Shown: one piece after another, positions 19,105 to 30,289 of the stretch
Position numbering within the stretch: the stretch's first letter is position 1
Layout: each line of letters opens with the position of its first letter
Source: Limisphaerales bacterium
GTDB lineage: Bacteria > Verrucomicrobiota > Verrucomicrobiia > Limisphaerales > AAA164-E04
Direction: 5' to 3'
DNA length: 64,000 nucleotides
NCBI GenBank assembly: GCA_024761205.1
Contig: JAMASS010000014.1
Location: 43,792-107,791, forward strand
Position numbers and translations under genes: made by a program
Notes under the pieces: model-generated
What the model was told of the DNA's origin: nothing
What the model saw: only the letters and a program-made list of their open reading frames with translations
Database searches by the model: none

Positions 19105-19141
19105 GCGGTGAAGAATCACCGCACTCCAGAACGCTACCGCG
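19105..19141 (+). repeat. copy a of a ~35-nt hairpin-containing intergenic repeat
   Basis: gcggtgaAGAAtcaccgc (perfect 7-bp stem) followed by actccagaacgctaccgcg. It aligns to the copies at 31098, 52503(-), 52461, 56551, 22201, 33149(-) and 29023. Confidence 0.7.
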
Positions 19142-19514
19142 CTATGTTTCCTGCTTCATAACAATCCAGCACTTACGTCATCTCAACCAAAATGGAGGGT
19201 AGACCTTAGAACCAGAGTAACGGCCTTTGCTCGCTGCACGCGAGAGTCTGCGAAAAGTCCCGAGGCAATCTACAAGAGCATTGGAAAAACCCCTGCCACC
19301 AGCAGCACGAGTATATCATGACAAAACCAATTACACCCGCAAGGCAGAACACAACCATCGCGATAAAAACCTAGCTATCGATTGATCCCACCACGGACAG
19401 ATTAGCAACAGAGAAACACCGTCGCCCTCTCCCTTCCACGTAGTCCCCCGTTCCCTTCCCCTAAAAACCGAGCCATCACAGAAAAGACTTCGCTGTCTGA
19501 AATTCCTGACTATA

Positions 19515-21458
19515 ATGACACCCGGTCTCACCATCATGAAAACACATATCCTTTGTAACCAAACAACGGGGCATCTTCTAGCGACTGCTCTGTTCTTCAG
19601 TGCCACGACGCAAACCCTCCAAGCACAGACTGTCAACGGCGAGGGCACAGTCACGATTTCCGGTGATTTGAAAACCTGGCACAAGGTTACCCTGACTCAA
19701 GCCGGTCCATTCGCACGCGAATCAGACACCGAGCCCAACCCGTTCACGGATTATCGAATGTCCGTTGCGTTTTGGCACGAATCCGGTTCGCCCACTCACG
19801 TCGTTCCCGGATATTTCGCCGCCGATGGCAACGCCGCCAACAGCTCCGCCGATCAAGGCAATCAGTGGCGCGCTCACCTTTCACCCGACAAGCCCGGAAC
19901 CTGGCGCTATCAGATCACCTTTACTCAGGGGAAAAACGCGGCTCTATCCACCAAGACAAGTGGCGACTACCTCAACCCCTATCACGGCAAATCTGGCAGC
20001 TTCACCGTCACTAAAAGTGACAAGACCGGCAGCGATTTCCGCGGCCGCGGCCGACTCGAGTACGTCAACCAGCGCTACCTGAGATTCGCCGGCTCTGGAG
20101 AGTATTTTCTCAAAGCCGGACCGGACGCCCCGGAAACGCTCCTCGCCTACTCGGATTTCGACAACACTCAAGCCTTAAAAGACAATGTCCCCCTCAAGAC
20201 CTGGGAACCGCATGTCCGTGATTGGCGATCCGGTGATCCCACGTGGAAAGGCGGCAAAGGCAAGGGATTGATCGGTGCCCTCAATTATCTCGCTTCCAAA
20301 GGCTGCAACTCATTCTCCTTCCTCCCCTACAATGTCGGCGGGGACGGCAGAAACGTTTGGCCCTTCGTCAAACCTGACGACAAACTTCACTATGACTGCT
20401 CCAAACTCGATCAATGGGGCATTATCTTTGATCACGCCCAAAGTCTCGGTCTCTACCTGCACTTCAAACTGCAGGAGAATGAGATGGACGATCACCGGCA
20501 AGGTCACAAACGCAAGCCCGGCGAGGTTCCTGCCGCCTTGGATGCCGGGAAACTGGGCGTAGAACGAAAACTCTACTGCCGCGAACTCATCGCCCGCTTT
20601 GGCCATGCTCTCGCCTTGAACTGGAATCTCGGCGAAGAGAACACCCAGACAACTGAGGAACAGCAAGACATGGCCCAGTATCTTCTCGATATGGATACTT
20701 ACGATCACAACATCATCGTCCACACTTTCCCGGATGACCAAGACAAGGTCTACACCCCGTTACTCGGAAAAGATTCCAGCTTCACGGGAGCGTCTCTTCA
20801 GAACAATTGGAACCATACTCACCAACGAACCATCCAATGGGTAATCGCATCAACCAAAGCCGGCAAACCATGGGTCGTCGCTAATGATGAGCAAGGCCCG
20901 GCCAACCAAGGCACACCACCGGATCCTGGATATGAAGGGCACAACGAGAAAGGCACCGAAGGCGCAATCAAACACGATCTCCACGACATTCGGAAGTACA
21001 CCCTCTGGGGCAACCTCATGGCGGGAGGCGCCGGGGTGGAATACTACTTCGGCTACCAACTAGCCCAGAATGACCTGATTTGCGAAGACTTCCGCAGTCG
21101 GGATCGATCCTGGGATTACTGCCGTATCGCGCTCGATTTCTTCAAAAACGAAGAGATCCCGTTTTGGAAGATGCAACCATCCGACAGACTGGTTGACAAT
21201 CCGGATCACGAGAACTCCAGATACTGCTTTGCAGGAGAAGGTGAGATTTACCTCATCTATCTCCCAGAAGGTGGAACCTGTGAGCTCGATTTATCAGGAG
21301 TCGATGGTCGCTATCGCATTCGCTGGTTCAATCCACGAGAAGGTGGCCGGCTGAAGCGCGGGAGTGCCCGGTCCGTCCGAGGCGGCGATAGCGTCTCCAT
21401 CGGCAATCCGCCGAGTGATCTCGATCAGGATTGGCTGGCAGTGATTCAGAAACGGTAA
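19515..21458 (+). CDS. DUF5060 domain-containing glycoside-hydrolase-like protein (GH5/cellulase-like core)
   Basis: Signal peptide, then the DUF5060 pattern (TWHKVTL...NPFTDYRMSVAF...VPGYFAADGNAANS...GTWRYQITF), followed by a TIM-barrel-like region and a C-terminal beta domain. Confidence 0.75.
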   Translation: MTPGLTIMKTHILCNQTTGHLLATALFFSATTQTLQAQTVNGEGTVTISGDLKTWHKVTLTQAGPFARESDTEPNPFTDYRMSVAFWHESGSPTHVVPGYFAADGNAANSSADQGNQWRAHLSPDKPGTWRYQITFTQGKNAALSTKTSGDYLNPYHGKSGSFTVTKSDKTGSDFRGRGRLEYVNQRYLRFAGSGEYFLKAGPDAPETLLAYSDFDNTQALKDNVPLKTWEPHVRDWRSGDPTWKGGKGKGLIGALNYLASKGCNSFSFLPYNVGGDGRNVWPFVKPDDKLHYDCSKLDQWGIIFDHAQSLGLYLHFKLQENEMDDHRQGHKRKPGEVPAALDAGKLGVERKLYCRELIARFGHALALNWNLGEENTQTTEEQQDMAQYLLDMDTYDHNIIVHTFPDDQDKVYTPLLGKDSSFTGASLQNNWNHTHQRTIQWVIASTKAGKPWVVANDEQGPANQGTPPDPGYEGHNEKGTEGAIKHDLHDIRKYTLWGNLMAGGAGVEYYFGYQLAQNDLICEDFRSRDRSWDYCRIALDFFKNEEIPFWKMQPSDRLVDNPDHENSRYCFAGEGEIYLIYLPEGGTCELDLSGVDGRYRIRWFNPREGGRLKRGSARSVRGGDSVSIGNPPSDLDQDWLAVIQKR

Positions 21459-21559
21459 CTCGACTCTCAGCAAATGAAAATGACCTGCTAGATGTTGAAA
21501 AATACACTAGCCAGTCGGTTCCTTTCCGGCCCTTAACACTCATGCAGCCATGGACCGTT

Positions 21560-22143
21560 ACACTTTTCTTCAAACCTACGACAGCCGTTCGGCACGCAAA
21601 AGCTCTTTGCTGCGAACACCGCAACAGATGCCCTCCGCATTGTGAAAATTGACGTGATCCGTCTGACGTTACCAATCCGAGGGATCACTTGGTATCACAC
21701 CGACAACACCGCAGCAACCGGTTGCATTATAGTTCAGAACACACCGCCCACCAACCTACCTCGGACGCCCACACATCCGACGGCGACGCAGGGAAGGATC
21801 ATCTTAAAGGCCGGATGTCCTGCAGTTCATTCAAGCCAATCCTGAGTAGTGCGGTGGTGTCAGCGAATTGGTCAAGATCTGCCACCTAGTAGCATCCGTG
21901 CAGGAGGTGAAGACCATCCCCCACAGACACAACATCCACGCAGCGCTCCACGTGGCCGCGAGCCAATCGCCCGCAACCTGCCCTCGCGGTGAATACCTTA
22001 TCAACTACATGCCAGAAAAAGTGCACTTTCAGAAAGACCCGCTATTAACGGACAGGCTCATTCCACTGCCGACAAAACCGGGTTTTGTCATTGAAATTGA
22101 TGCATCGAAGGTGGAAGAGCGGGAGGTGTTGAAACAGGTGTAG
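21560..22143 (+). pseudogene. enolase-superfamily (mandelate racemase / galactonate dehydratase-like) C-terminal remnant
   Basis: IDVIRLTLPIRGITWYH..., then in another frame IPHRHNIHAALHVAASQSP...PTKPGFVIEIDASKVEE. The N-terminal half is absent and several frame changes are present. Confidence 0.45.
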
Positions 22144-22200
22144 AAGAGACGTCATAAAGTAAATGAGTGATTGAAATATCACGGAAACCTCTGGAAATCC

Positions 22201-22236
22201 AAAGTGACGAAAAATCGCCACACTGCAAAACTTGCC
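22201..22236 (+). repeat. degenerate copy d of the ~35-nt repeat
   Basis: aaagtgacgaaaaatcgccacactgcaaaacttgcc aligns with copy b (31098), with a 2-nt insertion. Confidence 0.5.
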
Positions 22237-22364
22237 AGTCTCTCGAGAAACTCTCTCTGGCGCGGTAGTGAATTGGAGTCGCGGATTTTTCACCTCTTTC
22301 TCTATCAAGACGATGTTCGACTTCGCGCTCAGTATCGAGTCACTTGACATCGGCCGCTACTCAA

Positions 22365-25300
22365 TCAATCCACAAACACCAACTCGTTGGACATCAAGAG
22401 CACTTGCCCCAAGCGCGCCAAAGGGGATAACGGCCTTACCGAATCCTTGGGACCTTCAAAATCATCCACGGAACTCCAAAATCGCTGATCAGACAACCGT
22501 GGCGAACTCGCGGTCCGGATATTTACCGGCCATTCAAAGCTGTCATGACCCACATCGCCGTTCGACCCAACAACAAAGTCCAGAGTCTCCCCGGCTGCGA
22601 TCGTAATTTTATCCAGGTTTGTCAACTGGCTCTGACCCCTCACTTCCCACTTCCCGAGCAACCCAGCACTTGAGGCAAGAACCCAAGCAACGACGCCATT
22701 CCCTTCCTCCGCTACATGTCTCAGTCGGGCTTCCACCTCAAAGACTCCCGCATAGGGCGCCGTCCAGCGTCGAATCACCAAACGATTGGGCGTCGCCCCA
22801 GGATGCCCACCTTTCGAACTCAGCAGCGCCCAGCCCAGTTTCTCATCCGGAAGCGATTCCCCGCCTCGCCAACTGCCTTCCTTAAAGAAACCAAACGGAG
22901 TAAACGAAACAGCACTCGACTCCCGCTCATTGATCGCTCCATATCCGTAAGTCCATGAATCAAGGAGAACAACCGGCCCGCTAGAGTCAGTTTGTGAATT
23001 CAAGAAATCTAAGGCCAAACGTCGCTCCTGTCGGGTCGGCTGCCGCTGCAGCACGGATTCAAAGAGCCTTCGCACCTGCTCATCAAGACGCTTCGGAGCA
23101 GTCCTCTGAACCTCATCTTCAAGATTCCGCGCCAGATTCTGAACAAAGGGACTATTCACCATGAACAACGCTTGCTGCGGCACCGTAGTCTCAAAACGGC
23201 CGGCGCTACTACTATCCGGGCTGGCAAGATCAAAGGTGCGAAAAATGCTAGGAAGGTTCTGTCGTTCGATGAATCCATAGATTGTCCGCCTAGGGGTGTA
23301 GGGTGCTTTGGTGATCTCAACCGGCTGGCCGCCCATGGTCGTGTCTAAACTTCCCGTCACCGAGAGGAGTGTGTCTCGTAACGGCTCCAGTTCGAGCCGT
23401 CGCCGATTCATTCGCCAAAGATACCGATTCTCCGGATCTTTCGCCGCATGCCACTCATCGAGGTCACTGGCCTGCTGGTAGGTATTCGACGAGAGAATCA
23501 GTTTGTGGAGTCGTTTCAACGACCAGCTATCCGCCATGAAACGAAACGCCAAATAATCAAGCAGTTCAGGATGGCTTGGTGGATCAGCGCGAAGACCAAA
23601 ATCACTTGCCGTGCTCACGAAGGGCTGCCCAAAGTGCTGACGCCAAACCCGATTGACGATCACTCGACTCGTCAATGGATTCTCGGCGCTCGCAATCGCC
23701 TGCGCCAACTCCAACCGTCCGCTGCCCTGCGAAAAGGGTTGGCGTTGCTCGCCTTCGACTAGGGACAGGAACTGCCGCGGCACCTTCGGTCCGCGCGCCC
23801 CCGGTTTGCCGCGCAGAAAAACAACCGGCTCCACCAATTGCTTACGGTCCACCAAAGCCATAGCGCAGGCTGGCGCCCCGGGATGCGTCGCCGGCAATCG
23901 ATCCACTTCACGCTTCAACGAGATGATCTTTTGCTGCGTTGGGACATCCAAAAGCTGCGTCGCCTGATCCAATGCAATATTTGGCGGCGCACCATCCGCA
24001 TACAACACCTGCCGCAATGCTTCCTGAGCAGGGTCATCAAGCGCCTTCATCCCCTCGGGTCGTTCCTGCCACGCTTGTTCCGCTCGTTGAAAAAAGTCAC
24101 CATACATCTTGGCGAGTTCCTCAACATCGCGTGGCATCACCTCGCGCAATGCTTCTGCCACCAAGGGATTCAACGGTTTCTCGGTATCCGTCCCCAATGT
24201 CAATTTCACCACTAGGGAAGAGTCCAGAACGCCAGCGTCCGAAAGTTCGGTCAGTTCTGTCCACGGCGTGAAGACCGGATCAAACTGGCCCTCAAGTTTT
24301 TTTAAGTACCTCTGCCACCGAAAGGCAATCACGGGGCTCAATTTCCGTTCACGAACCATATTCTCGGTCTCGGACCGATTGCGGCCACGAGCGTCAAAGA
24401 GCACTTTCAAGTATTCTCCCGTCCTCTCCCGAGATTTGGACAATGCCTTCTTTTGATTGGAAATTCGGTAATCATCCCACTCGGCAGTCAAACGCTTTAA
24501 TTCAGCCTCGTACTCCAAATACAGCGGGCTATTTGGATCGTAGCTTAGCAAAAGAGGCTCGGATGGTTCCTCAGAGCTCGCAAACACCCCGTACAAGGAG
24601 TAGTAATCCGCTGTGGGAATCGGATCATATTTATGGTCGTGGCAGCGGGCACACGAAACCGTCAACCCCATCAAACCTCGCGTGACCACATCAATGCGGT
24701 CATCAATAATATCCTGTTGATTGCCGAGAAAACGCCTCCCCAACGTGAGGAATCCCATTCCAGCCAACGGGTCTGGATTATCCGTCAGGCCTAGTTGATC
24801 AGCGGCAAGCTGCTCCACAATAAAGCGGTCGTAGGGCAGGTCCCGATTGAACGTGTTGATCACATAGTCGCGGTAGGTGTACGCATAAGGAAACCGCCGC
24901 TCTTGCTGAAACACATATCCCTTGGTGTCTGCGTAGCGGGCGATATCCAACCAATGGCGCGCCCAGCGCTCGCCATATTGAGGCGAGGCCAACAATCGAT
25001 CCACCAAGCGCTCGAACGCGTCCGGCGACCGATCCGCTTCAAAGCGCTCAATTTCATCTAAAGTCGGCGGCAGCCCGATCAAATCAAAATAGACCCGACG
25101 AATAAGTGTCCGCTGATCAGCCCGCTTGGAAGGCCGCAACCCGCGCCTCTCCAACGCACTGAGAATGAATACGTCCACCGCTGTCTTCACCCATGAAGTG
25201 TTCTTGACCTGCGGAACAGCCGGCTGTTTGACCGGTTGAAACGCCCAATGAGTCTGTGCGCTATCCTCAGGCACAGCAACGACCGCTCTTCGAGGATCGA

Positions 25301-25706
25301 ACGCACCCAATCGGACCCACTTCTCCAACACGGACACCTGCTGCTCGGACAAACGCTTTCCTTTCGGTGGCATCTGTATATCCTCATCTTGATAACGAAC
25401 CGCCCGGATCAAAAGACTTGCATCCGGATCCCCAGGGACAATGACGGCACCGGAATGACCACCAACTTCCCAACCGGATCGGGAGTCCAGATACAACCCG
25501 CCTTTGACTGATTTGGCACGGTGGCTATGACAATCAAAACAAGCGCTCTCCAACAAGGGTTGAACGGACTGTTCGAAAAATATTCCGGACACAATATCGC
25601 CCTCTGGCAACGAGAATGGCTCGGCCTGACCGACAGACACCACGAAACAGAAAACCATTCCCTTGAAGGAATTCCGACGGCCGCCGCGTAAGAGAAATTT
25701 CAACAT
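22365..25706 (-). CDS. PSCyt1/PSCyt2(DUF1549)/PSD1(DUF1553) domain protein
   Basis: 1113 aa. It has an N-terminal heme-binding-type CFDCHS with PGDPDASLLIRAV..MPP (planctomycete cytochrome c), a DUF1549-like LIRRVYFDLIGLPPT..ERWARHWLDIARYADT, and a DUF1553-like middle and C-terminus. Confidence 0.9.
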   Translation of the reverse strand: MLKFLLRGGRRNSFKGMVFCFVVSVGQAEPFSLPEGDIVSGIFFEQSVQPLLESACFDCHSHRAKSVKGGLYLDSRSGWEVGGHSGAVIVPGDPDASLLIRAVRYQDEDIQMPPKGKRLSEQQVSVLEKWVRLGAFDPRRAVVAVPEDSAQTHWAFQPVKQPAVPQVKNTSWVKTAVDVFILSALERRGLRPSKRADQRTLIRRVYFDLIGLPPTLDEIERFEADRSPDAFERLVDRLLASPQYGERWARHWLDIARYADTKGYVFQQERRFPYAYTYRDYVINTFNRDLPYDRFIVEQLAADQLGLTDNPDPLAGMGFLTLGRRFLGNQQDIIDDRIDVVTRGLMGLTVSCARCHDHKYDPIPTADYYSLYGVFASSEEPSEPLLLSYDPNSPLYLEYEAELKRLTAEWDDYRISNQKKALSKSRERTGEYLKVLFDARGRNRSETENMVRERKLSPVIAFRWQRYLKKLEGQFDPVFTPWTELTELSDAGVLDSSLVVKLTLGTDTEKPLNPLVAEALREVMPRDVEELAKMYGDFFQRAEQAWQERPEGMKALDDPAQEALRQVLYADGAPPNIALDQATQLLDVPTQQKIISLKREVDRLPATHPGAPACAMALVDRKQLVEPVVFLRGKPGARGPKVPRQFLSLVEGEQRQPFSQGSGRLELAQAIASAENPLTSRVIVNRVWRQHFGQPFVSTASDFGLRADPPSHPELLDYLAFRFMADSWSLKRLHKLILSSNTYQQASDLDEWHAAKDPENRYLWRMNRRRLELEPLRDTLLSVTGSLDTTMGGQPVEITKAPYTPRRTIYGFIERQNLPSIFRTFDLASPDSSSAGRFETTVPQQALFMVNSPFVQNLARNLEDEVQRTAPKRLDEQVRRLFESVLQRQPTRQERRLALDFLNSQTDSSGPVVLLDSWTYGYGAINERESSAVSFTPFGFFKEGSWRGGESLPDEKLGWALLSSKGGHPGATPNRLVIRRWTAPYAGVFEVEARLRHVAEEGNGVVAWVLASSAGLLGKWEVRGQSQLTNLDKITIAAGETLDFVVGSNGDVGHDSFEWPVNIRTASSPRLSDQRFWSSVDDFEGPKDSVRPLSPLARLGQVLLMSNELVFVD

Positions 25707-25715
25707 GCGTATCCG

Positions 25716-27155
25716 CTAGGCAATGAGTTCCCTGACCACGTTTCCATGAACGTCGGTCAATCGAAAATCGCGACCGGCATGTCGGAAAGTCAATCGCTCG
25801 TGATCAAATCCAAGGAGGCGAAGAATGGTGGCATGCAAATCGTGAACATGGACCGTGTCCTTGGTGGCGCGAAATCCAAAGTCATCAGTGGCGCCATGAA
25901 CATAACCGCCTCGCACACCACCGCCGGCCATCCACATGGTGAAGCCCCAATGATTGTGATCACGTCCATTAATCTTGCCCGCGTTTAAACCGGGCCTCGG
26001 CAGTTCCACGGTGGGCGTTCGCCCAAATTCACCGCCCCAGATCACCAGAGTCTCGTCCAACATACCCCGCTGCTTGAGATCTTTAAGCAACGCGCCGATC
26101 GCTTGATCGCATTGACGCGCCAACCGTCGGTGGCCTTCCTCGATATCGTCATGATTATCCCACGGTTGGCCTCGCCCATGCCAAACCTGAACCATCCGAA
26201 CGCCCCGCTCAACCAATCGTCGGGCAATCAAGATTTGACGCGCCTGCATCCCTTCCCCATACATCTCCCGAATGTGCTTGGGCTCGCGTTCGATATCAAA
26301 GGCGTCGACGGCATCCATTTGCATGCGATACGCCAGTTCATAGGAGGCAATGCGCGCCTCCAACTTCCCATCGCCGCGCCGTCTCTCCAAATGCTTCTCA
26401 TTCAACGCCCGCAACAAATCGAGCTGCTGCCGTTGTCGCTTAGTGGGTAGTGCGGCACTTCGAATATTCTCAATGAGCTTATCCATCCGGCGGTGCTGCG
26501 TGTCGATATAGGTCCCTTGATAGACACTCGGCAAGAAACCTGATTGCCAATTCTGAGATTCCTGAATCGGGTAGCCTCGAGGACACATGGCGATGAATCC
26601 GGGCAGATTCTGATTTGCGGACCCCAACCCGTAGGTCACCCACGAGCCCAGGGATGGACGAATCAGCCGCTCCGCTCCGCAGTTCATTAACATGAGTGAG
26701 GGCTCATGATTAGGCGAATCCGCGTACATTGATCGAATGATGGCGATGTCGTCAACACACTGCGCGACCTGCGAAAAAATCTCACTAACCGGAACTCCGC
26801 TTTGGCCATATCGCTTAAAGGAAAACGGCGACGCAAAAGCCGCACCCGTCCTCCTCTCCGTGCGAAGATTCTCCATCGGCAGCGCCTGGCCTGCATAACG
26901 GTCCAACATCGGCTTGGGATCAAAGGTGTCGACTTGCGACGGTCCTCCGTTCATGAAAAGATGAATGACCGCCTTGGCCTTTCCCTGAAAGTGAGGCGAC
27001 TTCAACTGTAGCGGATTACGAAAGTCGGTAGCAGCATTCGCCTCCAGTTGGGAAAGCCCCAGTGCTCCAAACCCCATTCCCACCCGGCACAGAAAATCAC
27101 GCCGAGTCGACACAATATCCCTTAGATTTGGTTGATGGTGTCTCATCTTGCTCAC
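25716..27155 (-). CDS. DUF1501 domain protein (sulfatase-fold, Tat signal)
   Basis: TRRDFLCRVGMGFGALGL twin-arginine leader. The FMNGGPSQVDTFDPKP and WGGEFGRTP motifs are typical of DUF1501. It lies 9 nt upstream of the PSD1 gene, which is the usual pairing. Confidence 0.9.
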   Translation of the reverse strand: MSKMRHHQPNLRDIVSTRRDFLCRVGMGFGALGLSQLEANAATDFRNPLQLKSPHFQGKAKAVIHLFMNGGPSQVDTFDPKPMLDRYAGQALPMENLRTERRTGAAFASPFSFKRYGQSGVPVSEIFSQVAQCVDDIAIIRSMYADSPNHEPSLMLMNCGAERLIRPSLGSWVTYGLGSANQNLPGFIAMCPRGYPIQESQNWQSGFLPSVYQGTYIDTQHRRMDKLIENIRSAALPTKRQRQQLDLLRALNEKHLERRRGDGKLEARIASYELAYRMQMDAVDAFDIEREPKHIREMYGEGMQARQILIARRLVERGVRMVQVWHGRGQPWDNHDDIEEGHRRLARQCDQAIGALLKDLKQRGMLDETLVIWGGEFGRTPTVELPRPGLNAGKINGRDHNHWGFTMWMAGGGVRGGYVHGATDDFGFRATKDTVHVHDLHATILRLLGFDHERLTFRHAGRDFRLTDVHGNVVRELIA

Positions 27156-27265
27156 CTATTCATCATCGTCATCATCAAGACCGTAATCCCAGTGGATGCG
27201 GTGGCGAGTCACCCACGGTCCCTTAAAGGATAATGATCCATCCACGCATCAAATGCAATGAATAA

Positions 27266-28767
27266 TCATACCTCGTCGCCTTGCGATTGCCATGGGTCCT
27301 CGACCGGGTGCCACTCCAGCCGAATCGGCACTTTGCCTATGGCCTTTAACGCGCGATAGAAATCCAGCGACTGCGAAGGATACACGCGAGGATCATCCTT
27401 GCCATGAAAGATCACTATGGGCATTTGCGCCTGCTTGATATAGTCATAGGAAATGGACTGCCAATCATCCCAACGACACTTGCGTGCATGCGCCAGAAAC
27501 ATCTCATCCGGAATATTATGGTACCCTGCTTAGAAATCAAATCGCTGATCCCCGCAAACATTCCCCTCGCGACAAATCGTTTCGTATGGGAGCACACCAC
27601 GCCGAAGCGTAACCACGCGGGACTCGAAGCCTCCGTGCATCGCCAAGATGAACGGATAACGGGTGCCGCGTTGATAGTTCAACAGATAGATCAAGACGCC
27701 TTCCACCTCGACATCCCGGGACTGGCAGCAAATCACTTCTTGTCACGCCAGAACTGATCTCTTTCAACCGCTGATTGAAGTCTGTCAAACAACGCATATG
27801 CGACGCCCATCCAAGCGCGCACCAAAACCCTCAAATCCATGACTTGGAATCGAGGCCGAGAAGGCAATTCGTTGGGCTCCTGAGGCATAGCTCATTCCCA
27901 TCGGCGACAGACACATCTCAAAAATCCAGCGCCGCAATGTCGCTCAAAGCCACATTCCAGCGCCCGTAGTCCGTGCCGCACCCACCGTCAGCGATAAAAA
28001 GAACGTTTTCATCATCACCCCATCCAACGGCTGCGAAGTGCGGCAGATAATTCACCACCACTCGGAGGGAGACACTATTAGAAGAATCCGCAATGAACAA
28101 TCAGCCCTGACTTGGGTTATTCATATGCACCCCGCCGATGACCGCCAACAATCGCCCCGTCGGACTCCAACGAAATGACTCAAGTCTACCGCCATGATCG
28201 ACCTCCGCCAACACTGCACCCAAACCAGCGTCAACGACCTTCACCGTTTAGTATCTAAAAGTAATCAATAACCGGTTGCGGCGCAGCCGCAAATCGCCAA
28301 GCGCTTGTCATACGGACTCCATCGCGCGGCAAAGACTGAGCCTTCGATCTCCAACGCCTCAGCCTCCCACTTGCCATTCGGCTCTCCTCACAAACTTCGT
28401 CATTGAAGCCCTTATCTTTGACCTTGTTCTTCTCCGCTTTTTCCGTCGAGACAAAGAGGAACCATTTGCCTGACTGCTCCAGCAGTAGCTTGATATCCCT
28501 GTTTCGTGTTCAAAAATCTTCCGCGACTCACCGCCATTTATCCGGATATCGTAGAGCAACATCTGCTTACCGACCCCTCTTGGCCAAGTAGGTAATGGAC
28601 CGACCATTCGTCGAGATCACCACCTTAAGGACATTTTTCATTTTGGCTGCATGTTCGAGAGTGAAGCCCACATCATCCGCATCCGCCTAAAACATCAGGC
28701 ACAGCACGCCAACCAAAACGCTCAACACAACTCTCACATCGCTAGAATCAGCTTCACTATTCAACAT
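27266..28767 (-). pseudogene. S9 family (prolyl oligopeptidase / dipeptidyl peptidase-like) peptidase pseudogene
   Basis: Pieces lie across frames: the signal peptide region with an in-frame TAG (CLMF*ADADD), the propeller-like GKQMLLYDIRINGGESRKIFEHETGISSYCWS, YPFILAMHGG, and the C-terminal PIVIFHGKDDPRVYPSQSLDFYRALK. Confidence 0.65.
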
Positions 28768-29022
28768 TCCCAAAGAATATCGAGCCGGCCAAAAAGGTGG
28801 CCAGTCCTGGATCACGGGAAAACCTATGGCTCGGAGGTTGCGACTAAATGCGAGGAGGCCACCTCACGAAAAGATGGAGCGAGAGCCTCTCGAGCCGCCA
28901 GCCTCCCCAGCGTAGCGAAGGAGGATGGAAACCGTTAGCCAAATGCCTCAAGCCACCCCCATTTCCGTCTCATATCGCGAGACGGCGGCTCGACAAAACC
29001 TCGCCCCGCCTCCCCACTCTCA

Positions 29023-29049
29023 ATCATACCCAGGGATTGCCACACTCCA
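29023..29049 (+). repeat. partial copy g of the ~35-nt repeat
   Basis: gggattgccacactccatgctattgcc aligns with copy h (52461). Confidence 0.45.
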
Positions 29050-29096
29050 TGCTATTGCCTTGCGCATAGCGACGAATTCGATATGTTCCCAATGCT

Positions 29097-30284
29097 ATGA
29101 GCCCCTACACAAGAAAGATGATGATTCTCGGACTCTCGACGCTCGTCGCCACAGCCACAGTACACGCCCAAGATAGATCGGTCCCCGACGGCGTTTGGGT
29201 TCGTCCTGGATTCAAATTGACCGTTGCGGAGAGCACCATCAAAAGCCCCCGCTTCCTCCAAACCGGACCCAACGGATCGCTCTACGTGAGCGTCCCCAAG
29301 ACCGGCACCATCAAAACTCTCAAAGACAACGACGGGGACGGTTATTTCGAATCCGTCACCACCTACGTCAACGGCTTCGAGGGCAAGCAGATACTCCAGG
29401 GAATGGCCTGGAATGATGGCTGGCTGTGGTACGCCGAAGTTCAAGGCATCTACAAATCGCGAGATACCAACGGCGACGGCAAGCAAGATGAGGTCGTGAA
29501 AGTCATCGGCGCGGATCAATTACCCGTGAAAGGCGGCGGTCACCGCTGGCGTGCCCTCGCCATTCACAAAGGCCGGATTTACACCCATATAGGTGATCCC
29601 GAAAACGCCAGCGATGAACCGGTCAACGAAGGCGAGCGCAAAAAAATCTGGAGCTTCGCCATGGACGGGACAGAGAAAAAGCTCTTTGCTACCGGCATTC
29701 GCAATACTGAAAAGCTTGTCATTCGTCCCGGCACCGACGAGATCTGGGGAATTGATCACGACATCGATCAGCTCGCCCTCAAGTGGGAGAGCAAAAACGC
29801 AAAGTTCGGCCAACCCATTACCGATCACAATCCACCGGCCGAACTCAACAAATACGTCGAAGGCGGTTTTTACGGACACCCCTATGTGCTGGGCAAGAAC
29901 GTCCCGAACATCAACTTTCTCGATAAGCCGAACCTGATCGAACTCGCGTCAAAAAACATCATCCCCGAATGGGAATTCCCTGCGCATTGTTCGGGCATGG
30001 GGATGACCTTTTACACCGGAAACAAGATTCCGCACGCGGATGGCGATGCGTTCTGTGCCCTTAAGGGTGGCTGGAACGCCACCCAGAAAACCGGCTACTC
30101 AGTGGAGCGAGTGCTATTCGAAGACGGTCATCCGTACGGTGCACAGAAAATGGTCAACTTTCTCAAGGACGGCAAAGAAATCCTCGGAAAACCCATTGAC
30201 TGCGCTCAAGCCCCGGACGGCAGCATCCTCTTCACCGACGACACCAAACACAAGGTCTACCGCCTGAGTTACGTGGGTAAATAG
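29097..30284 (+). CDS. PQQ-dependent sugar (glucose/sorbosone) dehydrogenase-like beta-propeller protein
   Basis: Signal peptide and repeated propeller-blade patterns. GIRNTEKL.., GFYGHPY and the C-terminal DGSILFTDD resemble the GSDH family. Confidence 0.6.
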   Translation: MSPYTRKMMILGLSTLVATATVHAQDRSVPDGVWVRPGFKLTVAESTIKSPRFLQTGPNGSLYVSVPKTGTIKTLKDNDGDGYFESVTTYVNGFEGKQILQGMAWNDGWLWYAEVQGIYKSRDTNGDGKQDEVVKVIGADQLPVKGGGHRWRALAIHKGRIYTHIGDPENASDEPVNEGERKKIWSFAMDGTEKKLFATGIRNTEKLVIRPGTDEIWGIDHDIDQLALKWESKNAKFGQPITDHNPPAELNKYVEGGFYGHPYVLGKNVPNINFLDKPNLIELASKNIIPEWEFPAHCSGMGMTFYTGNKIPHADGDAFCALKGGWNATQKTGYSVERVLFEDGHPYGAQKMVNFLKDGKEILGKPIDCAQAPDGSILFTDDTKHKVYRLSYVGK

Positions 30285-30289
30285 ACCCC

